Origin: Camelus dromedarius
Lineage: Eukaryota
DNA: 64,000 nt
Direction of reading: 5' to 3'
NCBI RefSeq assembly: GCF_036321535.1
Contig: NC_087444.1
Location: 73,656,001 to 73,720,000, forward strand
Part shown: piece after piece, positions 28,901 through 40,604 of the stretch
Numbering within the stretch: the stretch's first letter is position 1
Layout: each line of letters begins with the position of its first letter
Program-made: the position numbers and the translations under genes
Notes under the pieces: generated by a model
Database searches by the model: none
Seen by the model: only the letters and a program-made list of their open reading frames with translations
Told to the model about the DNA's origin: nothing

Positions 28901-30088
28901 ACTTACATGCAGCGTGCAGGCTAGGTAAATCCACAGAGATAGAAAGTAGATTAGTTGGAAGGAGGAGGCGGGAGAATGGGAAGATTGGGGTGAGAATGGC
29001 TAAGGTGTGCAGGGTTCCTTTTTGGGGTGATAAAATTTTCTGCAATTAATTATGATTGTTGCCCAGCTATGTGAATATACGGAAAGCTATTGTACACTTT
29101 AAATGGGTGAATTATATAGCATTTGAATATTATCTAAATGAAGTGGTTACCAGAAAAAAAAAAGATGTAATATAAAGACATAAATATCACAGATGTGAAT
29201 ATAAAAGTTAAATGTAGGCAGCTTGAGGTGGCAGCTCAGAGAATGTGACGGAGGCAGGAGGTGGGAACTGCCAGTCCCTGAAGTCCTGGTCTAGAAAGGG
29301 CCCAGCATCACTTCTGCCATATTTGATTGGCTGAGGCAGTCACAGGCCCGCCCAGACTCAAGGGAAGGACCGTCAAAGGGTCTGCAGCCAGCTTGAATCC
29401 ACCACGTCCACCAACAGTGGTAGGAAACACTTAGTTACCCTGGGAGGGGCCCTTCCCAGTGCAGCTCAGCAGGGGCTGTGGTTAACCCCATTTTACAGAG
29501 GAGACTGAGGCTTAACTAACGTACTCTGAGGTGCCCCGCCAGGAGGAGGCAGGACCCACGTGCAAAGCTGGGCTGTCTGGCCTCAGTCTGTGCTCTGAAC
29601 CTCCATACTACACAGCCTTAACAGACTGAGCTCCCCAGGAGTGAGGATTCATGTAGTAAATACTCTAGACGTATTTATTTTACACTTACTGAATACTTCT
29701 TGTGTGCTTGGCACTGTCCTAAAAATGTTACAAATGTCACTACCTGTAAGGTAGTTCTGTCAGGTTAGACCATATGAAATGGCTGTTTGTGTAGGTAAAA
29801 TATGGTTGAATACTGGCACTTTGAAGTGTTTTGACCTAATCTTCGTGTTTAATGGGCAAGGAAACGGATTCAGAGAGGTGAAGTAACTTGACTAAAGTCA
29901 CACAGCACTGGTAAGGGGTGGAACTGGGATTCAGACCCAGGCCAAACAGGCCCAGGGTCTGTGCTCTTAGACCTCCACAATGGAGGCCACTAGATATGCA
30001 TGGAGGGGCTGAGTGAGCGAATGAACCTCCTGCCCACCCAGCCATCCCCCCCGACTTCAGTCCTTCCTCTCTCTGCCCTGCAGCCACC

Positions 30089-31111
30089 ATGAAACTCCTC
30101 CGGGCCACTTGCCCTTCCTTGTCCACCATCTTCTTCCTCTTTGTCATCTTCGTGGTGTCTGCCATCTTCCACTGCCACCAGCGCCTGGCTCTGGTGCCCA
30201 TCCCCTGGGCCTACCAGGGTCATGTGGTCCTGGTCTCCAGACACCTGCCCAGCGGGGGCATGTTCACCATCAACTCCAAAGGCCGCCTGGGGAACCAGAT
30301 GGGGGAGTACGCCACCCTGTATGCCTTGGCCAAGATGAATGGGCGGCCAGCCTTCATCCCACCCCAGATGCACAGCACTCTGGCCCCCATCTTCAGAATC
30401 ACCCTCCCTGTCCTGCACGACACCACGGCCAGCAGGATCCCCTGGGAGAACTACCCACTGAACGACTGGATGGAGGACCAGTACCGCCACATCCCAGGGG
30501 AGTACGTGCGCCTCACCGGCTACCCCTGCTCCTGGACCTTCTACCACCACCTGCGCGCGGAGATCCTCCAGGAGTTCACCCTGCACGACCACGTGCGGGA
30601 GGAGGCCCAGAATTTTCTGCGGGATCTGCAGGCCAAGTGGGCCGGGCAGGCCACCTTCGTAGGGGTCCACGTGCGCCGTGGGGACTATGTCCATGTCATG
30701 CCAAGGGTGTGGAAGGGCGTGCTGGCCGACCGGGGCTACCTGCAGCAGGCCCTGGACTGGTTTCGGACCCGCTACCGCAGCCCGGTCTTCGTGATCACGA
30801 GTGACGACATGGCCTGGTGCCGGCAGAACATCAACGGCTCCCTCCGGGACGTGGTGTTCGCCGGCAACGGCCAGCAGGGCTCACCTGCCAGGGACTTTGC
30901 GCTGCTCATCCAGTGTAACCACACCGTCATCACAGTGGGCACCTTTGGGATCTGGGCTGCCTACCTTACAGGTGGGAACACCATCTACCTGGCCAATTTC
31001 ACCCTGCCCAACTCCCCCTTAGACATGATCTTTAAGCCACAGGCAGCCTTTCTGCCAGAGTGGGTGGGTATCGCAGCCAACCTGGGGCAGGCCAGAGGGA
31101 ACGACCCCTAG
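30089..31111 (+). CDS. SEC1: Alpha-1,2-fucosyltransferase SEC1 (GT11), intact single coding exon, 340 aa
   Basis: Uninterrupted ORF with type II membrane anchor, [21 protein letters not shown] and FGIWAAYL motifs. SEC1-type features: [23 protein letters not shown]-terminus. Kozak GCCACCATG immediately after a 3' splice site (AG 30082-30083). Sits upstream of FUT2. Confidence 0.93.
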   Translation: MKLLRATCPSLSTIFFLFVIFVVSAIFHCHQRLALVPIPWAYQGHVVLVSRHLPSGGMFTINSKGRLGNQMGEYATLYALAKMNGRPAFIPPQMHSTLAPIFRITLPVLHDTTASRIPWENYPLNDWMEDQYRHIPGEYVRLTGYPCSWTFYHHLRAEILQEFTLHDHVREEAQNFLRDLQAKWAGQATFVGVHVRRGDYVHVMPRVWKGVLADRGYLQQALDWFRTRYRSPVFVITSDDMAWCRQNINGSLRDVVFAGNGQQGSPARDFALLIQCNHTVITVGTFGIWAAYLTGGNTIYLANFTLPNSPLDMIFKPQAAFLPEWVGIAANLGQARGNDP

Positions 31112-32289
31112 CCGTGCTCCTCTTCTGCCTCGTCTTCGGGTCTAACAGGCAGCATGAGCTTGGACACCTGAGTTTAAATCCAGGCTGCTCTGCCTCCCAG
31201 CTGGGTGACCTCAGACAACCTCTCGGTGACTTAGTATACCACCTGAAAAAAAAAAATAATGCAGCTCTTTGTGAGCACGCAGCGAGTTCACTTGGTGCCC
31301 TGGAAACATGGGGTGAGTGTTGGCTGCTAACGTACATGTGAGTGGCGCGCCCTGAACATTTGGACTGCTAGAAGAGAGAGGCTTTTTTTTTTTTTTTTGC
31401 CATCTCCTTTATGGCTCCAGGAGCATGGAGTCCAAATATCTTGCAGTTGCTTCCTGAGAGAGTTTGGCTCTTCCTGCCCTCAAATGAAGAGGAGCTGGGT
31501 GTTTTCAGCAGCTGAGAATTAAAGCTTTGGGTTTAATGGGCCCTTACCATGAAAAAATGTGAGGAAAACAGGATTTGAGAGGATGAATCACAGGGAGATA
31601 CCCTTGGTGGAGTGTGGGAGGGCCTGACAATGATGGCAGGACTCAGGCAGAACTCAACTCTGGGCTTTGGGTGTCTTTCCTGCAGCGGCAAAGGCACTCA
31701 CAGTCTACATGACATAGAAGCAGCAGGCGGACCACCTAGGGGCAGGGACCACAGAGATCGGAGCATGGCCGTGTCAGCAGTCACCTGGGTGGCCAGATAA
31801 CCTCACACCCTGCACTGCCTGTGCCCCCAGGACCTAATGCCACTCTGAGAAACCTCAGTATGGACGAAAGTTGGATGAACTGATTACAGTACTGGTTTTC
31901 CTGTGTTCAGTGTATTTTAAAGTATGGAGATACCAGTATTTTTATTGGTGTGCTACTCCTTTTTGGAGATTAAGAAAAAGTTAACGTATAGTTGTTTACG
32001 TTCATTTACATTTCCACCAAACATAGGTGCACTGGTTTAGAAAACATTTCAATCACCTCTCTTTCCTGTTTTAAACTCTTTCCAAGTATCTTATTATTTG
32101 AATTCCCATTTCTTGGCATATTCGTGAGGTTGAACACCTCTCCTTTCATGATTAATAATATTGTTACCTCCCCAGAGCCATTTTGGGCCCCAGTTGACTT
32201 CCTTAAGTCCTTCATGGTGTCATCATGGTGTGGGGGTAAGGTCAAGAGGATGTTAAAGAAAGCAGAAGAAGGGTCTGAAGGGGCAGGGA

Positions 32290-33185
32290 GTTGGGGAGAG
32301 AGGTTCTGTATTTGCTACCTATTGCTGTGTAACAAATTACCCCAAAATTTAGTAGCTTAAAGCAACAACAATAACATTATCTCTTAAGAGTTTCTGTGGG
32401 TCAGGCGTTCAGGAGTGGCTTAGCTGAATGGTTCTGTTTGAGATACCCAGTGAGGATGCTGTCAGGTCTCCGCGAGGGCCACAGTCATCTGAAGGCTTGC
32501 CTGGGGCTGGGGGATCCACTTCCATGGCTGGCGAGTTGGTGCTAGCTTGAGGCTCTTGGTCAGATCCTCTTGATGTGGACCTTGGTGGGGCTATTTGAGT
32601 GTCCTCACCACATGGTAGCTGGATCCCTCCAGAGAGAAACCCAAGAGACCAAGGTAGAAACAGTACCTTTACAACTGAGCCTCACCTTGTCACACACTGT
32701 CACATCTGGTGTGTCCCACCCATCACACTGAGCAGCCTGAGTCAGTATGGGAGGGTCTGACACCAGCAGATGAGGATTATTTCAGACTAACTTGGAGTCT
32801 GCTGTATTAGTTTGCTAGAGCTGCTATAACAAAAGTACCACAGATGAGGAGGNNNNNNNNNNNNNNNNNNNNNNNNNNNNNNNNNNNNNNNNNNNNNNNN
32901 NNNNNNNNNNNNNNNNNNNNNNNNNNNNNNNNNNNNNNNNNNNNNNNNNNNNNNNNNNNNNNNNNNNNNNNNNNNNNNNNNNNNNNNNNNNNNNNNNNNN
33001 NTGTCTTTACGTCTTCCCTCTGTACATGTCTGTGCCCAGATTTCCTCTTCTTCTAAGGACACCAGTCATAATGAATTAGGGTCCACTTAATGATCTCACT
33101 TTAACTTAATTACATCTATAAACTGGGCATAGGACTTCAACATAAGAATTTTTGTGGGGACACAGTTCAGCCCGTAACAGCTCCC
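32290..33185. mobile_element. MLT1/MaLR LTR fragments spanning N gap 32853-33001
   Basis: MLT1-like motifs (TGTGTAACAAATTACCCCAAAATTTAGTAGCTTAAAGCAAC; TGTATTAGTTTGCTAGAGCTGCTATAACAAAAGTACCACAGA). Confidence 0.6.
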
Positions 33186-36100
33186 AGTGTCCATTTCCAG
33201 CCCTCCCCCCCCCCCCGGAGTCAGATTGGTTTTGGTCCCCTTGCCTTTTCTCCTCCATTCTCTCAGGACCAGCCCTTCCTCCTCAAGATAATTTACCTTA
33301 GCCAGGATATTTTCCCAGATTCTCTCTTTGGGAGAGACTCAAGCCAGAAGGATAGAGGAACCTCAGCCCTGACCCCAGGTTATCTGTCAAGTGCAACATC
33401 ATTGGAGTGCAGAAGCGGCTGGCAGCCATATCTCCCATTTCAATAAAACGCTCATGTGGCAGGTTCCTTCCTGCTGCCCCACCACAAACATCGCCAGCTT
33501 CCTCCACCCTGCTCTGTGCCCTGGGAGGCTGTCTGATGTTATCTGCTGTGGCTCGAATGTTCCTGCCCCCACCCAAATTCCTGTATTGAAGCCCTAATCT
33601 CCAGTGTGAATTTGGAGGTGGGCCTTTGGGAGGTGATTAGGTTGCACGGGTGGGGCCCTCGTGAATGGGATTGATACCCTTCTAAAAGACACGAGAGAGA
33701 TGTATAAGGGCCAAAGCAGAATTTGGGCAGCTGCCAAAATAAATTGCATGGATTCATTTAACAAATATTGATTGATCTGCCAGTCGGAGTGGGCTGTCAC
33801 CAGGAAACAAATCAGCAGATCTTGGACTTCTCAGCCCTCAGAATAGGGAGGAATACATTTCTGTTGTTTAAGCCACCTAGGGTGTGGTATTTTTGTCAAG
33901 GCAGCCCAAACTGGCCACCATAGGATCTGTAGGCTCCCCTGCCCTATGCCTCCCTGTTGGCCAGGTCAGTGGGATCATAGTCCAGAAATCACAAGAGGAA
34001 GGAGAGTGAAGCTGGGGTGTTTATTCTCCCAGATCCATCCCTGCTGACCAAGAGATGGTACCAGCTGCCCACTGTTGCCAGCCCCTGGGAGCTGTACCAT
34101 CTCTCATAGTTTACCCTACATTCTACCCACATCTTTGTAAATTATCCTGTTAAACTCCTCTCAGGTTTGCCCCCATGAGTGTTCCATCTCCCGCCAGGAC
34201 TCTGAGTGGTGCCCCCAGGATTTTGGTATTACACAAAAGAAACCCCCCGCCCCCGTTCCCACTTTGCCCCGACATTGAACCCACTAGCTGAAATTCGGGC
34301 CAGCTTAGTGGAATGAGGACTTGTTCTCAGTCCAAGTCAAGCTGATTCACAGAACATACTGAAAAGATGTGACATTGCTCGCAGCCCTGACTTGGAGGAT
34401 GAAGGTGAAATCTCTGGAATGATCATAGCACCCATGGGCGAGAAACTGAGCACTAGTTTCCTGCACATCTTTTCTTGCATGTTCTGGGTACCATATAGAT
34501 GCTGGAGGAAGATTCAGAAGACCTGTGCTCACAGTCACCCTCTCATGTTACCCGTCAGGAGGTCTCTACCCAGAAAGGGCCCTGCAGGTGGACAGAACAG
34601 GCACCAGCTGGCATCTGTGAGCCGAATGGAGCAGTGTGATGTTCTGTATTGAGTTCTGTCTAATCCAAATGCTAAGGCCCCCCAGCTCTGTTCCCTGTGC
34701 TTGAAGTGCCCTGCTTGAAAGAGGAAGTTAACTTTTATTGTGTCAAAGCAGGAGCTAGCCAGCTGCCAAAAATAAGTTACACGAATTCATTCAATAAATA
34801 TTTACTAAGCTCCTTACTATGTTTGCAAATCCAAAGCAGAAGGTAGCAAGCCCTTAAAAACCTTCCTCTTGCTCAGAGGGGACACAAGGATGCCCAGAAG
34901 GACAGAAACCACTTACTATCTCCCAAGACAGAGATCTCATAGCCCAGCACACTAGACAGTATCAGCACATAGTGTATGTTTCTTATGGGTTGAACTGTGC
35001 CTCCCAAAAGCTATGTTGAAATCCTAACACCCAGCACCTCAGGATGTGACCTTTGGAAGTAGGGTCTTTACAGACGCGATTCGTTAAGATAAGGTCACAC
35101 TGGAGTAGGGTGGGCCCTTACTCCAACCGGAAGGGTGGCACGCAGACACGCAAGGGGGAAATGCCCCGTGCTGAAAGAGATAGGTTGCGGGCCTCCAGAA
35201 TTGTGTTTAAATCACCCAGTGTGTGGTATGCTATTACAGCAGCCTCATAAAACCAATACAGCGTTTAATGCATTTTTACTGACTGAACTGAACAAGCCTT
35301 GGGTCAGTGCTAGACTCCTGGCTTAGCACAGAAGCAATTAACAGCCAGCACGTCTCCGGCTGCCTTCACCCAGGGCATGTGTTCCTGGTTGGAGCCTGGA
35401 ACCCGGGGGGCCATTACGAGAACACCAGGGCTGAGTCAAGCAGGGTGGGACCTAGTTGAACAAGGGAAGCTGTCAGAAGCTATCCAGGTATGGCATTGAA
35501 TGACCTACAGCAATATCTTTGCTTCTGATTTAAAAGTTGCTGAAATCCTCAGAGGCCATTAAGATCGCGTGAAGGATTTCTTTGCAGAAGATTCTCAGTG
35601 TTGACTAGATGCCTGGACCACAATTGAGCCAACCCAGGTAGGGCTCTGGGCCCCTTGAGTCATCCCCGGGTGTTAATTTGAGCCCAGCCAGAAATGAGAT
35701 GCCTGGGTGAGATAGCCTTCTTGGGCATTATTGGACTCAAAGGAACGGAGCCAGCGGGGCTGGTTTTGCTGAGTAAGGTTCATTACACAGTTCAGCTGTG
35801 GCTCACAAGCTTCTCGGTCTTACTGCCCCCAAATTCCTGATAAGCCCCTTTCTCAGGGCCACTGAAAGCAAAGCCTCCCCATTCCCTCTGAAACCCACCC
35901 CTTAGCACTAGGCAACCACCAATCTGCTTTCTGTCTCTGTGGATTTGCCCTTTCTGGACATTTCCTGCAAGATACGGTTCTTGGGCCAGGCACTGTTTAA
36001 CCCCTCAGAGAGGTGAAGCCACTTCCTCCAGGATCACACAACTGCCGAGCGCGGGAGGCCAAGTGGGCAGCCCGGGGCCAGAGGGTGTGCACCGACCGCA

Positions 36101-36296
36101 GAGTCACAAACCCTCTGAGTCATCAGGTGAAGTACAGTCTGTGCGGGGCTGAGTGAACAGAGGCTTTGCTTTCAGTGACTGATTAATGGTTTGATGAAAA
36201 TGTTCTAAAATGATGGTGGGGATTGATGCGTAGCTCTGGATCCATTCTGATTTTTAAGTCACTGATCTGCAAGCCACTAAAAACCACTGAATTGTA

Positions 36297-36453
36297 AGGG
36301 GGAGGGTATAGCTCAGTGTAGAGCACATGCTTAGCATGCATGAGGTCATGGGTTCGAGCCCAAGTACATCCATTAAGTAAAAATTAATGACAAATAAGTA
36401 AGCCTAATTACCTCCCCCACACACAAAAAAACCCCAAAAACAATGACAAAAAC
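36297..36453 (+). mobile_element. tRNA-Ala-derived camelid-type SINE
   Basis: GGGGGAGGGTATAGCTCAGTGTAGAGCACATGCTTAGCATGCATGAGGTCATGGGTTCGAG head. Perfect 16-bp TSD AAACCACTGAATTGTA at 36281-36296 and 36454-36469. Confidence 0.9.
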
Positions 36454-37859
36454 AAACCACTGAATTGTATACTATTAAAAATTATTTTTCTTCTGGTTTT
36501 ATTGGGATATACTTGAAATACAGAACTGTATGAATTTAAGATATACACCTTAATCAAGTCAGATAGTGATTCAATTAACATACATCATAAAGTGATTATC
36601 CCAAGTTAGGTGGACACACATCATGTCATACAGACACACAAAACTAAAGAAATAGAAAAAAATTATCATGTGATGAGAACTCTTAGGATTGACTCTCTTT
36701 GAATCTTATACTTTAAATGGGTGAATGTTTTTTATGAAGTATAGTCAGTCTGCAATGTTGTATTAATTCCGGGGATACAGCATAGTGATTCAGTTATACG
36801 TATATATTCCTTTTCATATTCTTTTTTATTATAGGCTATTACAAATTTAAATGTGTGAATTTTACAGTATGTGAATTCTACCTCCATAAAACTGTTATCT
36901 AAAAAAACAAAAAAACAAAAAAAACCCACAAACCAGCGCCAGGCATGTATACATGTGTAATGAGTGTGATCTATTACAACACACAAAGCAAAGAGTGCTC
37001 TTGTTTGTGAGCGCTGGGGCAGCGACCAGTGGATCTTCACCTTTGCATGAGGATGTGTTGGTGGTGGTTAGAAGGGAAAAAAGGCAGCTTTGAGACCATC
37101 CAGGAAATTATCATTTAGGCTGGGTGTTATATGATGACATATTTAGAGATGATTGCTAATATTTAGATCTAGTAACAGCATGGTGCTTTTTATACATTTT
37201 AAATGGTTCTCATCAATCTGAGGAGCACACTGATGTGTTTACAGATTGAATGAGGAAGCTGGGTCAGGTACAGATGCCCAAGACTGTCAATATGTTGAAA
37301 ATGCAGTGGGTACATGGGGCTGCGTTGTATTATTATCCTGTCTACTTTTGTGCATGTTGTTAAATTTAAATTCCATAGTATGGTTTTTTAGAAATATACC
37401 ACAACCCCTTTTTGTGCCAGAGGACAAGCTTAGGAGTGGCTTGGCCCCATTCCCAACCCCACATAGCTCTCCGTCTGATGGCGGGTAACCTTGGCAATGG
37501 AGGCTGGAAGGATGTTGTAAGTGGTCCTTTAGTTTACGCTGAGTATCTCCTGATCGATGCAGAGGTGGATGACAGGGTGTCGAGGGTTTTATCCGCAGCT
37601 CTGGACACCCATGCACCTTCCCTGTGGTCACAAGGGAGCTTTCCATCCACATTCCCACATGCAGCCCTGGGCCCCTCTAAGCCCTCTAGCTCCATGGTTA
37701 ATAAGCAAAACACATCCTGTGATCAGATACTTATAAACCAGTTTTTCACCTACTTTCATGTCTGGCAGAATGTTCAAAAGTCATGGGGACGCAGGACAGT
37801 TCCTCATTAAGCAACTTCTGGCATCGCCGGCCCTGGTTATGAAATGGGATAGTGGTATC

Positions 37860-38175
37860 CAGAGGCAGACTTTACTTCATTTCCCTTCGCAGATACTGCA
37901 TTTTTTACAAGTCAAAGGTTTGTGGCAACCCCACGTGGAGAAGGTCTACAGGCGCCATTTTCCCAACACCATGGGCTCACTTCTCTGTGTCACATTTTGG
38001 TAATCCGTGCCATATTTCAAAGTTTGCATTATTATTCTATTTATCATGGTGATCTGTGATCACTAATTTTGATGTTAATATTGCAAAAAGATTGTGAGTC
38101 GCTGAAGGCTCAGATGACGCTTAGCATCTTTTTAGCAGTGAAGTATTTTTATTAAGGTATGTACGTTGTTTTTTT
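37860..38175 (-). mobile_element. Tigger1-type non-autonomous DNA transposon, left part (interrupted by the APPBP2 retrocopy)
   Basis: Tigger1-like CTTCGCAGATACTGCATTTTTTACAAG...GGTTTGTGGCAACCC...GCTGAAGGCTCAGATG. Homologous in reverse orientation to the element at 53662-54011. Confidence 0.75.
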
Positions 38176-40548
38176 AACTCTTAAATAGTTTTATTTAGTT
38201 CTTTTTTTCTTTCAGGCTTTCTGCAAAATGAATTATTTTTTAAAAAGAAAAAAAATTTTCCTGTTGTTTATTCTACTAGGTTGAAAATATGGGCCAGACT
38301 ACTTAGACGTGTGGTACATGCTGAATATAACTGAATATATGCTTATTCGTATGGACACTCTGCAAGATAGGGATCACCCACATAGGGTCAATGGACTGGA
38401 CGAGTGTTTCGATGCAAATTCCAGCCCCAAAAGCCAACATGGTTTAGATTTCACAGTATGAATTCCCTGGAATCTGGGAAAGGGTAACTGAGGTCCTCCC
38501 TCAGCAGCTCGGTCCTTCAACATTCTGAGAAATCAGGAAGGACTGCACCGCTTCTTCTGTGGACAGGGGGCTGGTGTCAGTGTCTTCAAGAGCATCGGTC
38601 ACTGAATACTGCCGATGTCGCAACTGGTTCCAGTTAGACAGAACATTGTGATACTCAGACACTTCCTCATAAGTTCCTGTGGCGTTGTAAAGTTTAATGA
38701 GGCCTCAGTAATCATATTACTCTAGTCCTTGTAGCCTTCACCAGTTTCTTCCCAATTGCTATAGATCACAAATTAAGTTTCTCAGCATTTTCATACTGAT
38801 CCACATTATAATTATATAAAGAAGCCAGATGTCCCACTGAAAGGGCTACTTCATAATCTTCTTGCCCAAGAAGTTGCCCTTTAATCTGAATTGCTTTGAC
38901 GTGCATTTCTTCAGCTTCCGTAAATTTTCTCATTGTCTGATAAAGTCTCCCAAGTTTTCCATAGTGTTTTGCAGTCTGTACGTTAAATTCACCAAAAGCT
39001 TTTTTATGTAGCTGGAGTGAAGACAGGTGCAAATCATGAGCTTCTTAAAGGAGCCTCTGTTCAGTTTCTTTATTATGACAGTCAGCTGCAATCTCCTCTA
39101 AAATAAGTGCTTTCACCCTCTTTGAAGAAGCCAAAATAAGATGATCTTCAGGTAGGATGTGGGTAATGATACCAACAGCTCTGCATGAAACAGTGCATCG
39201 CCAAACTTCCCAGAGCTATACTGGTGAATGTAAGAATAAGCCAAGTCTTCATGAGCTGTTGCTACATGGATATTTTTGCCGCCAAACACTGACTGCCAGA
39301 CGTCAAGGGCTGCCTGATAAATTGCAACAAACTGACAGATATTATCTACATTGAGTAAACAGAACCCATAAGCTAGCAATGCGTCAGAATAATTAGGGTG
39401 TTTGGATTCAAAATGATCCCGTGCCAAATACACTGCATGCTTAATTAACTGTTCTGCCTTCTTAAATTCACATTTTACAACACAAGCCTTAGAAGCTTGT
39501 CTTAAAACATCCACCACAACTTTGACTGGTAAGCCCGCTGTGATTTCTTTCATTGCCTCAATGCACCATTTATATGCCTCGTCATAGTGACTTTTTGCAA
39601 ATAGGAGTGCACATAGTTCTTCACGGAGTGCAGCTTTGTTTGCTTGCTGGCCTTGTTTTGAGAGTTTATCCATATACGTCTGAGCTAACTTAAATGTTTC
39701 TTCACTCAGATGGTATTTGCAGTTTCCATTTTGCACATGAAGCAGCCTTACACAACATTTCTTCTGCACCAAACCAGTGAAGCATCTCATCGTGTAGAGT
39801 ACACAACTGAAGGCAAGACAGAAAAACTTTCTCAGCATCACTGTACCAGCCTGCATCTGAAAGCGAGCCACCAAAAACAAAGCCAACCTGAATGGCTTTT
39901 TCCTTTACCGCAGCATCTGATTCTGCTATATACGTGCACCGTCTACTGAACGAGTTAGGCCAAGACTGAAGCAACTTTCACACCATGATCCTTCAAAGCC
40001 TGGACACAATGATGAAGCAATTGTCTTTTATCCAAAGCTCTCAATACTTTAGCAAAAATTTCCAATTCACAAAATTCACTGCCCTGTTGACGCAAGCATC
40101 GCTGTTGGTACAGCTTGTTGTAAACATCGAACTGGACGGAACTTTTTGGGCAAGGAGCGAGTATCTCCGCGGGCGTGGATGTAGCTGTCCACAACAGCGG
40201 AGATGGCAGCGTTACACAGACTCTAAGATCCGCTCTAGTTCCACGGCCGCCGTCTCCCTTCCCTCCTCTGCCGCCTCTTCCGCCTCCCTCTGTAGCGAAC
40301 TCCTGTGCGGCCCGGGCCCCGGAGGATTCGTAGGGGCGGCGGTGGCCACGCGGGCACGCAGCAGAAGGGCGCAGCCGCCCTGCCTCCTCCGGGCCAGCTA
40401 GGGATGCGGCGGCGGGCGCAGGCCGGCGCGGAGAGTGGCCAGGAGCCAGGCCCAGCCGGGCCCAGCCGGGCCCAGGCCCCACATTCTGGGTTTGAGAGCA
40501 CCCCGGGGTCCGTCCCAGCGCGGATCTCTGCAGGGGCGGAACTCCGTT
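38169..40548 (-). pseudogene. APPBP2: APPBP2 (PAT1) processed pseudogene; CDS-equivalent 40253-38501, plus 5'UTR, 3'UTR and poly(A) remnant
   Basis: Intronless match from (ACG)AAVELE through QFDVY..KLYQQ, AESDAAVKEKAIQVG, FAKSHYDEAYKWCIEAMKEITAGLPVKVVVDVLRQASKACVVK and QLLGQEDYEVALSVGHLASLY to SFLISQNVEGPSC*. Start codon mutated to ACG, at least five frame changes. AATAAA at 38190-38195 (minus) and an A7 remnant at 38169-38175. Confidence 0.95.
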
Positions 40549-40585
40549 GTGGGTTTTTTTTTTGTTTGTTTTTTGTTTTTGGGGG

Positions 40586-40604
40586 GATGTAATACTACTG
40601 CACA
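40586..40604 (-). mobile_element. Right part of the interrupted Tigger-type element (continues into N gap 40605-40750)
   Basis: GATGTAATACTACTGCACA matches the segment that directly follows ATGTACATTG..TTTT in the uninterrupted copy (reverse complement of about 53802-53846). Confidence 0.55.

Noticed and set aside
29990-30694. Antisense ORFs over SEC1 and FUT2 (29990-30694, 54525-55001) that resemble each other
   Set aside because: They mirror the codon bias of the sense genes, and their similarity comes from the shared tract.
34499-34639. 46-aa ORF MLEEDSEDLCSQSPSHV... after an AG
   Set aside because: No homology recognised and no supporting exon chain.
36297-36375. tRNA-Ala-like gene (also at 14441, 49704, 52074)
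   Set aside because: A and B boxes are present, but the stems are broken and the copies have A-rich tails and TSDs, so they are SINEs.
39113-39886. 257-aa ORF in the APPBP2 retrocopy as a functional retrogene
   Set aside because: It starts out of frame, ends in a frameshift and is flanked by further disablements. No evidence of selection can be judged here.
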